Counted from the first letter of the stretch, positions 11,264 through 22,244 are shown. The stretch is DNA of 64,000 bases from Candidatus Marinacidobacterales bacterium (GCA_965224085.1 CBDCYI010000005.1:2080001-2144000), one strand, 5' to 3'. Translations and numbers: made by a program. Notes: generated by a model from the sequence alone, not told the origin.

Positions 11264-12154
11264 GCCGGCATGACTTGTGCACTCGAAGCCCTGTTGGCAG
11301 CGGGACTGAAGCCCGAGGGCGACGTCATTCTGGCAAGCACGCCGAGCAAGAAGCGCGCTCGAGGGATCATCGCCGTTCTGGAGCATGGGTATGAAGCGGA
11401 TGGGGTCGTCTATGTGCACCCAGCAGAGTCGGGGCTGGGTCTGGGAGAGATCAAGGCAGCCGCAGCCGGCTTGATGAGCTTTCAGATCACCGTGCCTGGG
11501 CGTTTACCCCCCACGGGAGAGCCCGGACATACAGCCTTTCACCACCTCGCAGTCGACCCGCTGGACAAAGCATGGCTCATCTATCATGCGTTGGCGTCGC
11601 TTAACGAAAAACGGGGTCGTGAGGTGCACCATGCGGCCTTTGATGAATCCGTTGGGCGCTCTACCAACTTGCACGTTGCGCACATAAGCTGTGGCCGAGA
11701 AAATCTACCGATTCGCGTTGCCCCCGAGTGTGTTCTTGGCGTATCGGTCACGCTTCCTCCCGGAGAGCGACTGGCTGACCTGCAAGCGGAGATCTCCCGC
11801 ACCGTAGAAGAAGCGGCAAACAGGGACGATTGGCTCAGAGAGAACCCACCGACGATCAAGTGGCTTTCCGGCACGATAGGTACGGAGATATCCACCGATC
11901 ACCCGCTGTACCAGACAGCGAGCCGAGCCATCGTGGCGGTGACGGGTTGCGAGCCAGTGCTCAATCCGATGCACACGGCCAGCGATATCCGCAATCCAAT
12001 GCTGTTCAATAACATCTCGACCGTGGGTCTAGGCCCTCTGGCGGGGAACCTCGTTCAGATAGGTGGTCACGACGAGTGGATACACGTGGATGAGTACGTC
12101 AGGACCCTGAAGGTTGTTGCTTCGATCATCGTCGATTGGTGCGGCGCGAAGTAG
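11264..12154 (+). pseudogene. M20-family (ArgE/DapE-like) deacylase/peptidase, N-terminally truncated
   Basis: Starts abruptly at AGMTCALEAL (just after the usual GAxDxK motif); EE motif corrupted; C-terminal GGHDEWI retained. Confidence 0.7.
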
Positions 12155-12213
12155 GCCCGAAAACGGTTGATGACAACTCTTGACAATATCTCCTCATTCG
12201 AAGGAGGCAAAGA

Positions 12214-13884
12214 GTGTCTAGCAAAGGGTTGACGGCCGTTGCCATGTTAGTGGCCATGGTTGTGTTGGCACAGTGGTACGCTGCCTGCGTCGGCCCGGCT
12301 GCACCCCCACCGGCTCCGGGAAAGTCCGGAGATACGGATACAGCCGCCCCTCAGCCGGTCCAAGAAGGTGGAACCTTGATCGTCGGCTGGGCAGGGGAAC
12401 CGCAAGCCCTGGATGTTCTGTCTAATTCGGTGGCCACCACCCGCATCACCAGCCTCATTGCTGAGAATCTGGTGGCGGAAGATACCACCGCCGTCGGGAA
12501 GACCTTTGCCCCTGCCGTGCCGGGTTTGGCGGAGAGTTGGGAGGTCTCCGAGGACGGGCTGATCTACACCTTCCAACTGCGCCAGGGGGTCCAGTTTACC
12601 GATGGTGCGCTGTTCGACGCCGACGCGGTCAAGGCCAACTTCGATCGCGTTATGGACCTCGAATCACCGCTGTACTACGAGCTGAGGCAGGCCGTCGTGG
12701 CCAGCCGGATCAAGACGATTGCCAGCTATCGTTCCGTCGATCCGCATACCTTTGAGATCACACTGAAGGAGCCTTTCGGGCCCTTCATTGGCGCCCTGAA
12801 GCACAGAACGTTCGGCATTGTCAGTGCAGGGCCGCCAAGCGGGCTGAGGTATCCGGCATGATTCGGAAGATGACCTGGTTCACATGTACGGGCTTCTCGT
12901 CCTGTCTCCAGTAGTCCGGGTTTCTCTCCAGCACTACCTTCACGCCTTGCTCGCGCTCGACGAACTTGAACGGGCCAGTGCCCACCAGGTGCTCGCCGGT
13001 CATTTCCTGGCTCGACGACTCGAGCGCCGTGGGAGGCCGGCGAGATAGATGTGGAATTGTCAGTGCCCGCGGACAGGGTCGCCGATTTAGTCGCGCATCC
13101 TGACGTCGAGGTGGTCTATCCTGGTCATCCACACGTCGCGTTCTGGATATTCAATCACAACAAGCCCCGACTCCAGAACCCGAAGGTACGTCAGGCCATC
13201 TGGCATGCCATTGATGCCGATGGAATGGTCGCGAGTCTGTTTGGCGAAACGGCTGTGTCCATGAACAGCTTTCTTCCACCAGGCAATCCGGGCTATCGTC
13301 CTGACTTCAAGCGGCCCTATCCCTACGATCCCGAAAGGGCCAAGGCGTTATTGGCCGAGGTCGGCTATCCGGACGATCTGAAACTTACCATCGCTTACCC
13401 GCAATCCGGCTCTGCTTCCTACATGGATGGTCCGCTCATGGCCCAGTGGGCACAGGCCAACCTTCAAGCTGCCAGCATCGAGACCCGACTGGAGTTGTAC
13501 GAATGGGCTACCTGGATTAGCAAGTTTAACTCAGGCATGGATGAGAGCATCGACATCGCACTCCAAGGATGGCAGAGCATCGCTTACGACCCGTATATGC
13601 TGGAACAGCTTTTTACCACTGCTGCTCGACCACCCAATGGTGTCAACAGATCCTGGTACAGCAATCCTGAGTTCGATGCGCTGTTGGATGGGGCGCGCTC
13701 GCTCAGCGATGACGACGAGCGCACGAAGCTCTACCAACAAGCGGAAGAGGTGTTGCTGCAGGATGCCGCTGCGATACCTGTGGCTCATTCCAGACTACCG
13801 CGAGCTTATAACACCAGGGTTCATGGCATCGCCTTTGGCCCCTCCACCTGGTTCGAGCTGACCGGGGTCTGGATCGAAGAGTAA
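12214..13884 (+). pseudogene. ABC peptide/nickel-type (family 5) substrate-binding protein disrupted by an internal 210-bp inversion (12825-13034)
   Basis: PGLAESWEVSEDGLIYTFQLRQGVQFTDG on +; GTGPFKFVE...LERNPDYW on -; C-terminal half on +. Re-inverting gives one 556-aa ORF. Confidence 0.85.
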
Positions 13885-13915
13885 GACAAAAGGTTTTGTG
13901 TCAGTGGAGTCAGAC

Positions 13916-14755
13916 ATGGGACGGTATGTACTGAGACGGCTTCTTTCGATCGTGCCCGTTATTCTTGGCGTCACCATTGTCGTGTTTCTGCTGATCAAGC
14001 TGGTTCCCGGGGATGTTGCCTCCGTCCTGTTGGGCCCCGAGGCCACACCCGTAGAGATTGAGGCGCTGCACAAGGCGCTGGGACTGGACGAACCACTTCA
14101 AGTCCAGTACTTCAGATGGTTGGGCAGCGCTATCCAGGGCGATTTGGGTGACTCTATCGAATACAGGGTTCCTGTTCAGGCTTTGATCTTCGACCGGCTG
14201 GGTAACACCTTGATCTTGACACTGACCGCTCTGTTCTTGTCTACCAGCGTGGGAGTAACCATTGGCGTGATCTCGGCCACGCGGCAGCATTCTTTTTTTG
14301 ATCGAATTGGAATGTTAGTGGCCCTTTTCGGGAACAGCATGCCGGCCTTCTGGTTGGGGATGCTGCTGATCCTGACTTTCTCTCTCCGTCTATCCTGGTT
14401 TCCTGTGGGTGGAATGTACTCGATAAGGGGTGACGAGGGGCTATTGGATCTAGCGCACCATTTGGTGCTCCCAGCCATTACTCTGGGAAGTCTGTCCATG
14501 GCGATCATAGCTCGCATGACCCGCTCCTGCATGCTGGACGTGCTAACGCAGGACTATGTGTGGTCTGCCAGAGCCAAAGGTTTAAAGGAGCACACCCGTC
14601 GTCCTGGTTCATGCCTTGCGCAATGCTTTGCCGCCGGTTGCCACTGTGGTGGGCTTGCGATTCGGCACGATGCTGGGTGGCGCCGTGCTCACCGAGATCG
14701 TGTTTTCCTGGCCGGGAGTAGGGCGCCAGATGTACCAGGCTATCTCTACCAGAGA
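13916..14755 (+). pseudogene. ABC transporter permease (DppB/OppB-like), frameshifted near 14597 and truncated by an IS remnant
   Basis: RYVLRRLLSIVPV, ARMTRSCMLDVLTQDYVWSARAKGL, then shifted frame HALRNALPPV...TEIVFSWPGVGR. Confidence 0.85.
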
Positions 14756-15116
14756 GCCGTGGGGCAGTGTCCGCTGCACGACGAACACATCCGACGGAGC
14801 CATCAAGGGCTCGTCTCTCAGTAAGCGTCGCAGGGGCTTCGACCTTGGCCTTGGGCCACTCCGTCAGATTGGCGATGGTGCGTTTTCGGATGCGCTTTCC
14901 CTCTCGCCAACCCTCGCGCAACAAGATGGCTGGCCGGGAGTTCCGGTTGGGAACGATGTCGACATACATGGCAACAATAATACACATAAAAAGCTTAATA
15001 TCAATATAAAACAGATCAATACATGGGAAAACTTGTGGGGCCACATTTTCTCGTTTCCCACTTAGAATCAATGAATTACACCCCGTTCTAGGTGTTTCTG
15101 TTAGGGGAACTTTTGG
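14756..15116 (-). mobile_element. IS1634-family element remnant (one end plus transposase N-terminus, frameshifted)
   Basis: ATG 14969: MYVDIVPNRNSRPAILLREGWREGKRIRKRTIANLTEWP, continuing out of frame ...VQRTLPHG; AT-rich leader and probable terminus CCAAAAGTTCCCC directly after the thioesterase stop. Confidence 0.75.
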
Positions 15117-15543
15117 CTAACGCCGGCCCGAGAGCTCTTGGAGCTTCGCCTCGAGCCGCTTCGCCTCGAGCCGCTTTCGGTGCCGCTCGACGTCGATCAC
15201 GAAGCGGACGTGCCGGCCACGGCCCACGACTTCCACGCTGTCTCGCACTTCGGCCTCGAGCGTGACCTTCCGGCGGTCGACATCGGTCACCGTGAGCTGA
15301 ACTTCGACCCACGCGCCGAGAGGTGTCGCGCCGACGTGGTCCATCGAGACATGCGTTCCGACCGAGCTCTCACCTTCGTCGAGATGCTCGCCCACGAGCT
15401 GCAACGCGGTATTCTCGACGTCGCGCACCATCGACGGCGTCGAGTAGACGCGACCCTCTTTCCCGAGAAATGCGATCGTACGAGGCTCGTCGACGATGAT
15501 CTTTTGCGTTGTCGAAACACTAGGAACGAGAGAATGCTTTCAT
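15117..15543 (-). pseudogene. FlK-like hotdog thioesterase with a 1-nt frameshift just after the start codon
   Basis: VYSTPSMVRDVE, SVGTHVSMDHVGATPLG, GRHVRFVID motifs; ATGAAAG has one extra A relative to the frame MKHSLVPSVST. Confidence 0.7.
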
Positions 15544-15550
15544 GACCCGA

Positions 15551-16168
15551 TCACTTCGAGATGTCTCGATACCACTTGGGATGGTGCGACGCCGCCCAAC
15601 CGGGCCGCACCCAGCCTTGAATCATGCCACGCAAAGCTCCGGGGACGGCAGCCGTCCCCATATAGATGTGGACGATGATTCCACCGATGGAAAGCACGGC
15701 GACCGCGGGATGCACAAGGATCGCGGCGAGCCGGAGGGTGCGCGCCGTCGTCTCGGGAAACCAGAGGACGACCCCGGTGGCGATGAGAAGGATCACGGCC
15801 AGGGACTGCACCCAAAAGAGCACCTTCTGCCCCGCGTTGAACCTCCCGGGCTCGGGTAGACCTTCTTCTTCGTGAACGGCATATTTGTGCGCGTTCGCGA
15901 GCCACACCTTGTCGTCGGCATCGAGCTTCATTTCCCGGGCCCAGTTTCTGAACATGAGCCCGAGCGCTACACCAAAGAGGACCCCGCCCCACGGATGCCA
16001 GCGCCGCACGGTCTCGCCGCCGCCGAGAACGCTCGAAAGCCAAAAAAGATGGGGCGACCAAAGAGCGAGACCCGACAACGCGGCATAAAGAAAGCTGAGC
16101 GCCGCCATCCAATGCGTCGCCCGTTCCGCGAAGGAGAAGCGCACCAGCTTTTGGCTCGCGTCGCTCAT
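15551..16168 (-). CDS. fdnI: Formate dehydrogenase gamma subunit (cytochrome b556)
   Basis: ERATHW, VRRWHPW, GRFNAGQK, IVHIYM, WAASHHPKW; operon position. Confidence 0.92.
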   Translation of the reverse strand: MSDASQKLVRFSFAERATHWMAALSFLYAALSGLALWSPHLFWLSSVLGGGETVRRWHPWGGVLFGVALGLMFRNWAREMKLDADDKVWLANAHKYAVHEEEGLPEPGRFNAGQKVLFWVQSLAVILLIATGVVLWFPETTARTLRLAAILVHPAVAVLSIGGIIVHIYMGTAAVPGALRGMIQGWVRPGWAASHHPKWYRDISK

Positions 16169-16956
16169 GGCGCTTTATCCTCATAGGTCTTCGGACCGAA
16201 GCGAACGTAGTGCAGAAAGGCCCCAAGCACGCCGCCGACCAACAACGCGTTGCCGAGCCACTTGAGCGGGCCTTTCCACAGGCGCACCGTCAAGGGCACG
16301 ACCGGATCGTTCGGGAGGCCATAGTCTTCGGGGTTCAAGGCATCTCCGAGCACGTAGATGACGTTGGTCCCGCCCACACCCGCGGGATTATAGACACCCG
16401 CTTTCTCGCTTCCACGCGCCCGCAGCTCCTCGGAGCGATCGTTCGCGATCTGAACCAGGTCACTGCGCTCGCCGAAGGTCAGACAATTCGTGGGGCAAGC
16501 TTTGATGCAGGCAGGCTCGAGCCCGACGGCCGTCCGATCGGAGCACAAGTTGCACTTGTACGCCTTGCGCGTCACCGGATTCAGCTTGGGTACGTCGAAA
16601 GGGCAGCCGGTGATGCAGTAGCCGCAGCCGATGCACTTCTCCTCGTCGATGTCGACCGTGCCGTTTTCGTGGCGGAATATAGCTCCCGGCGCGGGACAAG
16701 CGGTGAGACAACCGGCATCGACGCAATGCATGCATTGGAACTTCGCCATGAGCCAGGACAGGTTTCCGTCCTCGCGCTCGATCTCATTGAACTGGATCAA
16801 GTTCCAGAAATCGTGGCGCGTCGTGGGAAAGGTCTGATAAGAGCCGTCGAAGCTAGAGGCGGTGAGGCCTTGCTCGTTCCACTCTTGGCAGGCTGCTTCG
16901 CACGCCTTGCAACCGATGCACGTCGTGGTGTCGATCAACTTGGCGACAGTGACCAT
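16165..16956 (-). CDS. fdnH: Formate dehydrogenase beta (iron-sulfur) subunit
   Basis: AKLIDTTTCIGCKACEAAC, CMHCVDAGCLTACP, CIGCGYCITGCPF, KCNLCSDR; C-terminal membrane anchor. Confidence 0.93.
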   Translation of the reverse strand: MVTVAKLIDTTTCIGCKACEAACQEWNEQGLTASSFDGSYQTFPTTRHDFWNLIQFNEIEREDGNLSWLMAKFQCMHCVDAGCLTACPAPGAIFRHENGTVDIDEEKCIGCGYCITGCPFDVPKLNPVTRKAYKCNLCSDRTAVGLEPACIKACPTNCLTFGERSDLVQIANDRSEELRARGSEKAGVYNPAGVGGTNVIYVLGDALNPEDYGLPNDPVVPLTVRLWKGPLKWLGNALLVGGVLGAFLHYVRFGPKTYEDKAP

Positions 16957-19900
16957 CAGACCTTCGCTTTCTCAAGGTTGACGAGAAACCCTTTGTATTC
17001 CGGCGTTCCCGAGTTGGGGTCCAATACGGACGGCGTCAGGTTATTGACGAGCGGACCTTTCGTCCGGCCGAGATAGCCCCAATGGATCGGAAGCCCCACT
17101 TGGTAAATCGTGCGCCCTCCTGCTTGGAGTGGACGGATGCGCTTCGTCACCATCGCCGGACCCTCGGCCGTACCGCGTGCCGACGTCACCCGAACCCGGT
17201 CTCCATTCCGTATGCCTTTTTCGTTCGCGAGCGGTTCGGGGATCTCGACAAAGAAGCTCGACTGCAAGAGCGAGTTGGTCTCGACGTGTTTCGTCCAATA
17301 ATGAAAATGCTCGGTCAAGCGATAAGTGAGCGCGACATAAGGGTAGTCCTCGGCGGTTCCGAGCGGATCGAGATCGCCTTCGAAGATCGTCGCCATCGGA
17401 TTGGTCCCCACCGCTTTATGCATGGCGTTATCGACAGGAGACTCCACCGGCTCGTAATGCTCGGGGAAAGGGCCTTCGGCGAAATCCGGAGCAAAGAGCT
17501 TTGCGACCCCCTCGGGAAGCATGATGAACGAGCCCAGTGCATCGGGCGGCGCGTCGGCTTTGAAATCGGGAACGTCGCCGACATAGCGATTCCCTTGCCA
17601 GCGAATGGCCGCGCGCGTTTCATCCCAAGGCATCCCGTTCGCATCCGCGGAGGCGCGGTTGTAGAGAACGCGCCGATTGGCGGGCCAGCTCCAGGACCAG
17701 TTCGCATGAAGGCCGAGCCCGGTCGGATCGTCTTGGCCGCGCCGTGCCATTTGGTTGCCGTCCTCGGTAAAAGAACCCGCATAGAGCCAGTTGCCGCAAC
17801 GGGTCGATCCGTCATCCCGAAGCGCACCGAAGCCCGGAACTTGCCGTCCGCTGGCGAGCTCTTGTCCGTTGACTTCCTTCGCAACTTCCTCGAGATCGGG
17901 AGAGACGGCATTGCCGTAGTCCCACGCGATGTCCATCAGCGGCTCGGGCGAAGCGCCCCCTTCTTGCTCGTAAAGCTCCCGTATCTTCAGGAAGAGGCGG
18001 GCTACGATCTCTTGGTCCGGCTTCGCGTCGCCCGGCGGCGGGAGCGCCGCGCGCTTCCACTGAAGCCACCGGGAGGAGTTGACGAAAGCGCCGTCCTTCT
18101 CGGCGAAACAGGCTGCCGGGAGCAAGAACACCTCGGTGTCGACCGCGGAAGCGTCCGGCGCCTCGCCGTAATATTCCTCTGCCAGCTTCTTCGCGTTCCA
18201 AAACGCCGCGGTCTCGGTCTCGAAGTTCTCGACGACGATCATCCACTTTAGTTTGCGGAGCGCTGCGAGCATCTTCGGCGAGTTGGGACCGTTGGCTACC
18301 GGATTCATCCCGAACGAGATCAACCCCTCGACCTCGCCCTTGTGCATGCGGTCGAACAAGAACCCCCAGCCGAAGTTGTCGTTCTCGCCGACTTTCGGAA
18401 GATGATCGTAGGCGAAATCGTTCGCGCGCGTCGCCTTGTCGCCGTAATAGGCTTTGAGGAGGCTCACGATAAATTTGGACGTGTTGCTCCAATAGTTGAG
18501 CGCTTTGGGGCGAAGCGCCCGCGGGGAATTGGCGTCGACATAGTCTTCGAGGGTCTGCCAGTCGGCGCGAGGCACTTTGACGTAGCCTGGGAGCATGTTC
18601 CACGCACCCATGTCAGTCGCGCCTTGGATGTTCGAATGGCCGCGCTGCGCGTTCACACCTCCGCCGGGCATCCCGATATTGCCGAGAAGAAGCTGCAGCA
18701 TCGCCGCCGCGTGGATGAGCTGCACCGAGTGGCTGTGCTGCGTCCAGCCGAGCGCATAGAGTATCGTCCCCGCGCGACCCGCGCGACCGGTGGAGCAAAC
18801 GACCTCCGCAACACGGTTGAACTCCTCCACCGTGCAACCGCAAATATCGGCGACGCGTTCCGCGGTGTAGCGGGCATAATGCTGCGTCAAGAGCTGAAAA
18901 ACAGAGCGCGGGTGGCCGAGAGAGGCGTCGACACGCGCATAGCCTGTGCTGTCGAGCTCATATTGCCAGCTCGTCTTGTCGTATTTCTTTGACGCACCAT
19001 CCCATCCCGTAAAGTAGCCGTTGTCGAAACCGAAGCCTTCCTTCACGAGAAAAGGTGCGTTCGTGTGCTCCTTGACATAGTCGCTGTGATAGAGGTCGTT
19101 ACTGAGCGCGTAGTGGATGAGCCCAGCGAGAAAAGCGATATCGCTGCCCGAGCGCAGCGGCACGTAGACATCAGAGACGGCCGCGGTGCGGGTGAACCGC
19201 GGATCGACACACACGATCTTCGCCTTCCGGCGCTTCTTCGCCTCCATGGCGAAGCGGAAACCCACCGGATGGTTCTCCGCGGGGTTTCCGCCCATGACGA
19301 GGACGACGTCGGTGTTGGCGACGTCGGTCCAGCCATTCGTCATCGCGCCCCGTCCGAAGGTGGCGGCCAAACTGGCCACCGTGGGGCCGTGTCAGAGCCG
19401 GGCCTGGTTCTCGTAGGTGACGATACCCAGGCCGAAGCGGAATTTTCCGAGAAGGTAATTGATCTCGTTCGTGTCGGTGCAGCCGCCGATGAGTGCCGTG
19501 TTCTCGAGGCGATTCACGGTGCGCCCGTCGCTGTCTTCGGCCTCGAAGCCCGCGTCACGGGTGTCTTTGATCCTGCGCGCTATCCGCTCGATGGCGTCGT
19601 CCCACGAAATGGGCGTCCACTCCGTGGCGCCGGGGGCGCGATAAAGGGTCTTCGTCAAACGGCGGTCATTGACGACGTATTGTTTTAGCGAGATGCCTTT
19701 GGAACAGAGCGTACCGCGGTTGATCGGGCTATCCGTGTCGCCTTCGATGTGGACGACGGTCGGCTTCACGTTCTTCGCGCGGTCGCCGAGCGTATGGATG
19801 ACAACACCGCATCCGACGGCGCAGTAAGGACAGACGCTCTGGGTCTGGGTGGTGCGGGCGATCTTCAGCTCTTTCGCGCGACGCGCCGCCTCGCTCAAGT

Positions 19901-19970
19901 CGAAGCCGAAAGCGGTGGTCGCGAGAGCGGTCGCGCTCGCTTGAAAGAATTGTCGCCGGGATAGATCCAC
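16956..19970 (-). CDS. fdnG: Formate dehydrogenase-N/O alpha subunit, selenocysteine-containing (UGA at 19392-19394), Tat-exported, ~1004 aa
   Basis: SRRQFF Tat motif, CPYCAVGC, in-frame NQARL-U-HGPTVASLAATFGRGAMTN joining ORFs 19392-19970 and 16956-19379, RGHSNIQG. Confidence 0.95.
19362..19380 (-). promoter_or_regulatory. SECIS element of fdnG
   Basis: UGA, 11 nt, then GGUGGCC-AGUUU-GGCCGCC hairpin at the position expected for an fdnG SECIS. Confidence 0.85.
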
Positions 19971-20101
19971 GGGTACCCTCCCGATGGATTGGGTATCACG
20001 GTCGGTCGGTGGCTGTCAAAGCGAGCGGAAGGGTCCTAGCAAGAAGATCGCTCCCGCCCACGATCGGATCAAACTGAGATTGGCACACTCTCTGAAGAGC
20101 C

Positions 20102-20284
20102 GTCGACTCGCTACAGCTGACCGCGAACTATCAAGTGGCGACACCCGTGAACTGGAAGGACGGCGATGACGTCATCATCGTACCCGCGGTGAGCAACGAA
20201 GAGGCGGAAAAGAAGTTTGCCACGGGTTTCAAAGAAGTGAAACCCTACTTGCGCGTGACCCCGCAACCGAATCGCGACGCGTAA
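20102..20284 (+). pseudogene. C-terminal remnant of a 1-Cys peroxiredoxin (Prx6-type)
   Basis: Hand translation VDSLQLTANYQVATPVNWKDGDDVIIVPAVSNEEAEKKF...KPYLRVTPQP*; N-terminal catalytic part missing. Confidence 0.8.
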
Positions 20285-20321
20285 GCCCGCTGCACGGAGC
20301 TTGTTAGGCGATCCCCCGGCG

Positions 20322-20687
20322 TCAAGCCGGGGGATCCACATCCGAGTGTACGCCGTAAAAGGTGTTGGTCTTGGCGGCCATGACGAAATCGTTGCGGTGT
20401 AGGCCTCGTATCTTGTGGGTCCACCAAGAGACCGTGACGCGACCCCACTCGGTGAGGATCGCTGGATGGTGACCCTCGCTTTCAGCCAGCTCGCCGACCT
20501 TCTGCGTAAACGCCAGCGCTTCGGCAAAGTTCTTGAAGCTGAAGACGCGGTTGAGGCGAGGGATGTCCTCCTCAGTCAGGACCTGCCACTCCGGGGTTTC
20601 GGGCTTCAGGTGCGCGATTTCTGAGTCGTTGAGTCTTGGCGCGTCGCGTCGGCAGGCCACGCACTTTTCCTGAATCAACTTACCCAT
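20322..20687 (-). CDS. phhB: 4a-hydroxytetrahydrobiopterin (pterin-4a-carbinolamine) dehydratase
   Basis: CVAC N-terminus, FKNFAEAL, EGHHPAI, WWTHKIRGLHRNDFVMAAK. Confidence 0.88.
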   Translation of the reverse strand: MGKLIQEKCVACRRDAPRLNDSEIAHLKPETPEWQVLTEEDIPRLNRVFSFKNFAEALAFTQKVGELAESEGHHPAILTEWGRVTVSWWTHKIRGLHRNDFVMAAKTNTFYGVHSDVDPPA

Positions 20688-20694
20688 GAATTCC

Positions 20695-21006
20695 TTAGGA
20701 CATCTCGACTTCGACGTCGTCCCCCTCGACACGCACGTTGTAGGATGTCACTTCCGCTGGCGCGGGTGGCGTCAGGTTCTTGCCAGTGCAGACATCGAAG
20801 TTGGCTCCGTGCCACGGACAGGTCACCGTGCTACCCTCGAGCGATCCCTCGGACAGAGGGCCTCCACGGTGCGTACAGGTGTCCGCGATTGCGTAGCAGG
20901 TCCCATCTACGTTGAAAAGAGCAATCTTGTTTCCGGAAACCTCGACGGCCATACCTTGCCCCGGGGCAAGGTTCTTGGTCTCTGCGACCTTGTGAAAGGT
21001 TCCCAT
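20695..21006 (-). CDS. Rieske-type [2Fe-2S] ferredoxin
   Basis: CTHRGGPLSEG...CPWHGANFD Rieske motif, 103 aa. Confidence 0.9.
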   Translation of the reverse strand: MGTFHKVAETKNLAPGQGMAVEVSGNKIALFNVDGTCYAIADTCTHRGGPLSEGSLEGSTVTCPWHGANFDVCTGKNLTPPAPAEVTSYNVRVEGDDVEVEMS

Positions 21007-21294
21007 CGCGATAAGTCCTCCCTGACACGACCATTGTAACGGCGCCGCCGAGATAACTCAAAGCGCAGGGTCGACGCAGTAACCGCTTGTGCTGCGCGGA
21101 GATCGACCTCGACGAGGCGCGATTCTTTCTGAGCGACGCGAGAGAGCAGGTCTTGAGAATCGCCCGGGGAGGCTTCTGCCGTGAGGGACGTTTTCCGGGT
21201 AGGCTCGGCGAGTGGGCGTGATGGCGGTTCTCGTTTTGGCTGCCGTTTTGTGGGTGATAACCGGGGGCTCCCCGAGATCTCGGGCGCTCCCGAT

Positions 21295-21485
21295 ATGGTG
21301 TGGATAACGCTCGGGGTCGTCGTCGTCTTGGTGTGGGCCGTCCTCTTCAACCGTCTCGTCCAGTTTCGCAATCGTGCGGCCGGGTCCTGGGCGGATATCG
21401 ACGTGCAGCTCAAGCGGCGCTACGATCTGGTTGGAAGCCTCGCGGACGCCGTGAAAGGCTATGCCCAGCACGAACGGCAGGTGTA
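21295..21485 (+). pseudogene. LemA-family protein, N-terminal fragment
   Basis: TM segment then FNRLVQFRN...WADIDVQLKRRYDLVGSL...VKGYAQHER; truncated. Confidence 0.8.
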
Positions 21486-21519
21486 TCTACCCGAAGCTTT
21501 TTCGAAGGATGCGGAGGAG

Positions 21520-21620
21520 ACACCGTTCAACTGAGCGTATCCACAGATTTCCCCTGACGGAAAATGGCTTGCCTACTCCGCGAACGAGTCCGGTCGGCCG
21601 GAAGTCTACGTTCAGTACCC
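21520..21620 (+). pseudogene. PD40-repeat remnant of the kind found at the C-terminus of Ser/Thr kinase-TolB-like proteins
   Basis: TPFN*AYPQISPDGKWLAYSANESGRPEVYVQ fused to the LemA fragment. Confidence 0.6.
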
Positions 21621-22244
21621 GCCGTCGTCTTCCTCCGGGAGCATTTCCTGGGACGACAACTCTTTCCACGTGCTCAGAATGGCGTTCTCTACACCTACGC
21701 CTGCGAGCCTGTCGCCAACCGGGCCAGGGTCTGATTTCAGCTCGGGAAAAGCGAGCAGTAGCATCGCGATGTCGCGCCAGTCGGTACCAGATTTCGGTTT
21801 TCCGCGCCGCTCGTGAAACGCAATGACCTTCGATGCAACGAGCACATCCGGCGCCATGACCAAGATCTTGGATATGCGTCGAGCGGGCGGGAGCTCCTCG
21901 ACCACACGAATATCGACGAGATGGCGATTCTTCGGCTTACGAACCTGATAGAGGCGAAAGGCCAGTCCGTCCTTTATCGTCCGGATGCGTATCGATATTC
22001 GGAAGAGCGCATGAAGATGGTCGCGCAGTTCCGCGGCTAGCTCGGATGCGCGATCCGAGAGGATGTCTACATCCTGCGTCATACGAGCCTCGTCGACATA
22101 GGCGTTGACGGCTTGCGCACCATAGACGACAGCATCGTCACGGCCCTGAAGGAATTCCAATACAGCATTCTGTATGCCCGAAAGAGGCAGCTTCTCTTTC
22201 ACGGCGAACTCCCTGAACGTAAGGGTTCCTTCTCCAAGTACCAT
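21612..22244 (-). CDS. Nucleotidyltransferase-fold protein (AbiEii/AbiGii-toxin-like)
   Basis: GAQAVNAY...RMTQDVDI (GxxA, TxDxD), VDI, SKV, and K-x4-D-x2-D-like C-terminal motif. Confidence 0.65.
   Translation of the reverse strand: MVLGEGTLTFREFAVKEKLPLSGIQNAVLEFLQGRDDAVVYGAQAVNAYVDEARMTQDVDILSDRASELAAELRDHLHALFRISIRIRTIKDGLAFRLYQVRKPKNRHLVDIRVVEELPPARRISKILVMAPDVLVASKVIAFHERRGKPKSGTDWRDIAMLLLAFPELKSDPGPVGDRLAGVGVENAILSTWKELSSQEMLPEEDDGGY

Noticed and set aside
21532-21534. In-frame TGA in the PD40 remnant (TPFN*AYP)
   Set aside because: It lies in a start-less fragment at a non-redox position and I see no SECIS-like hairpin.
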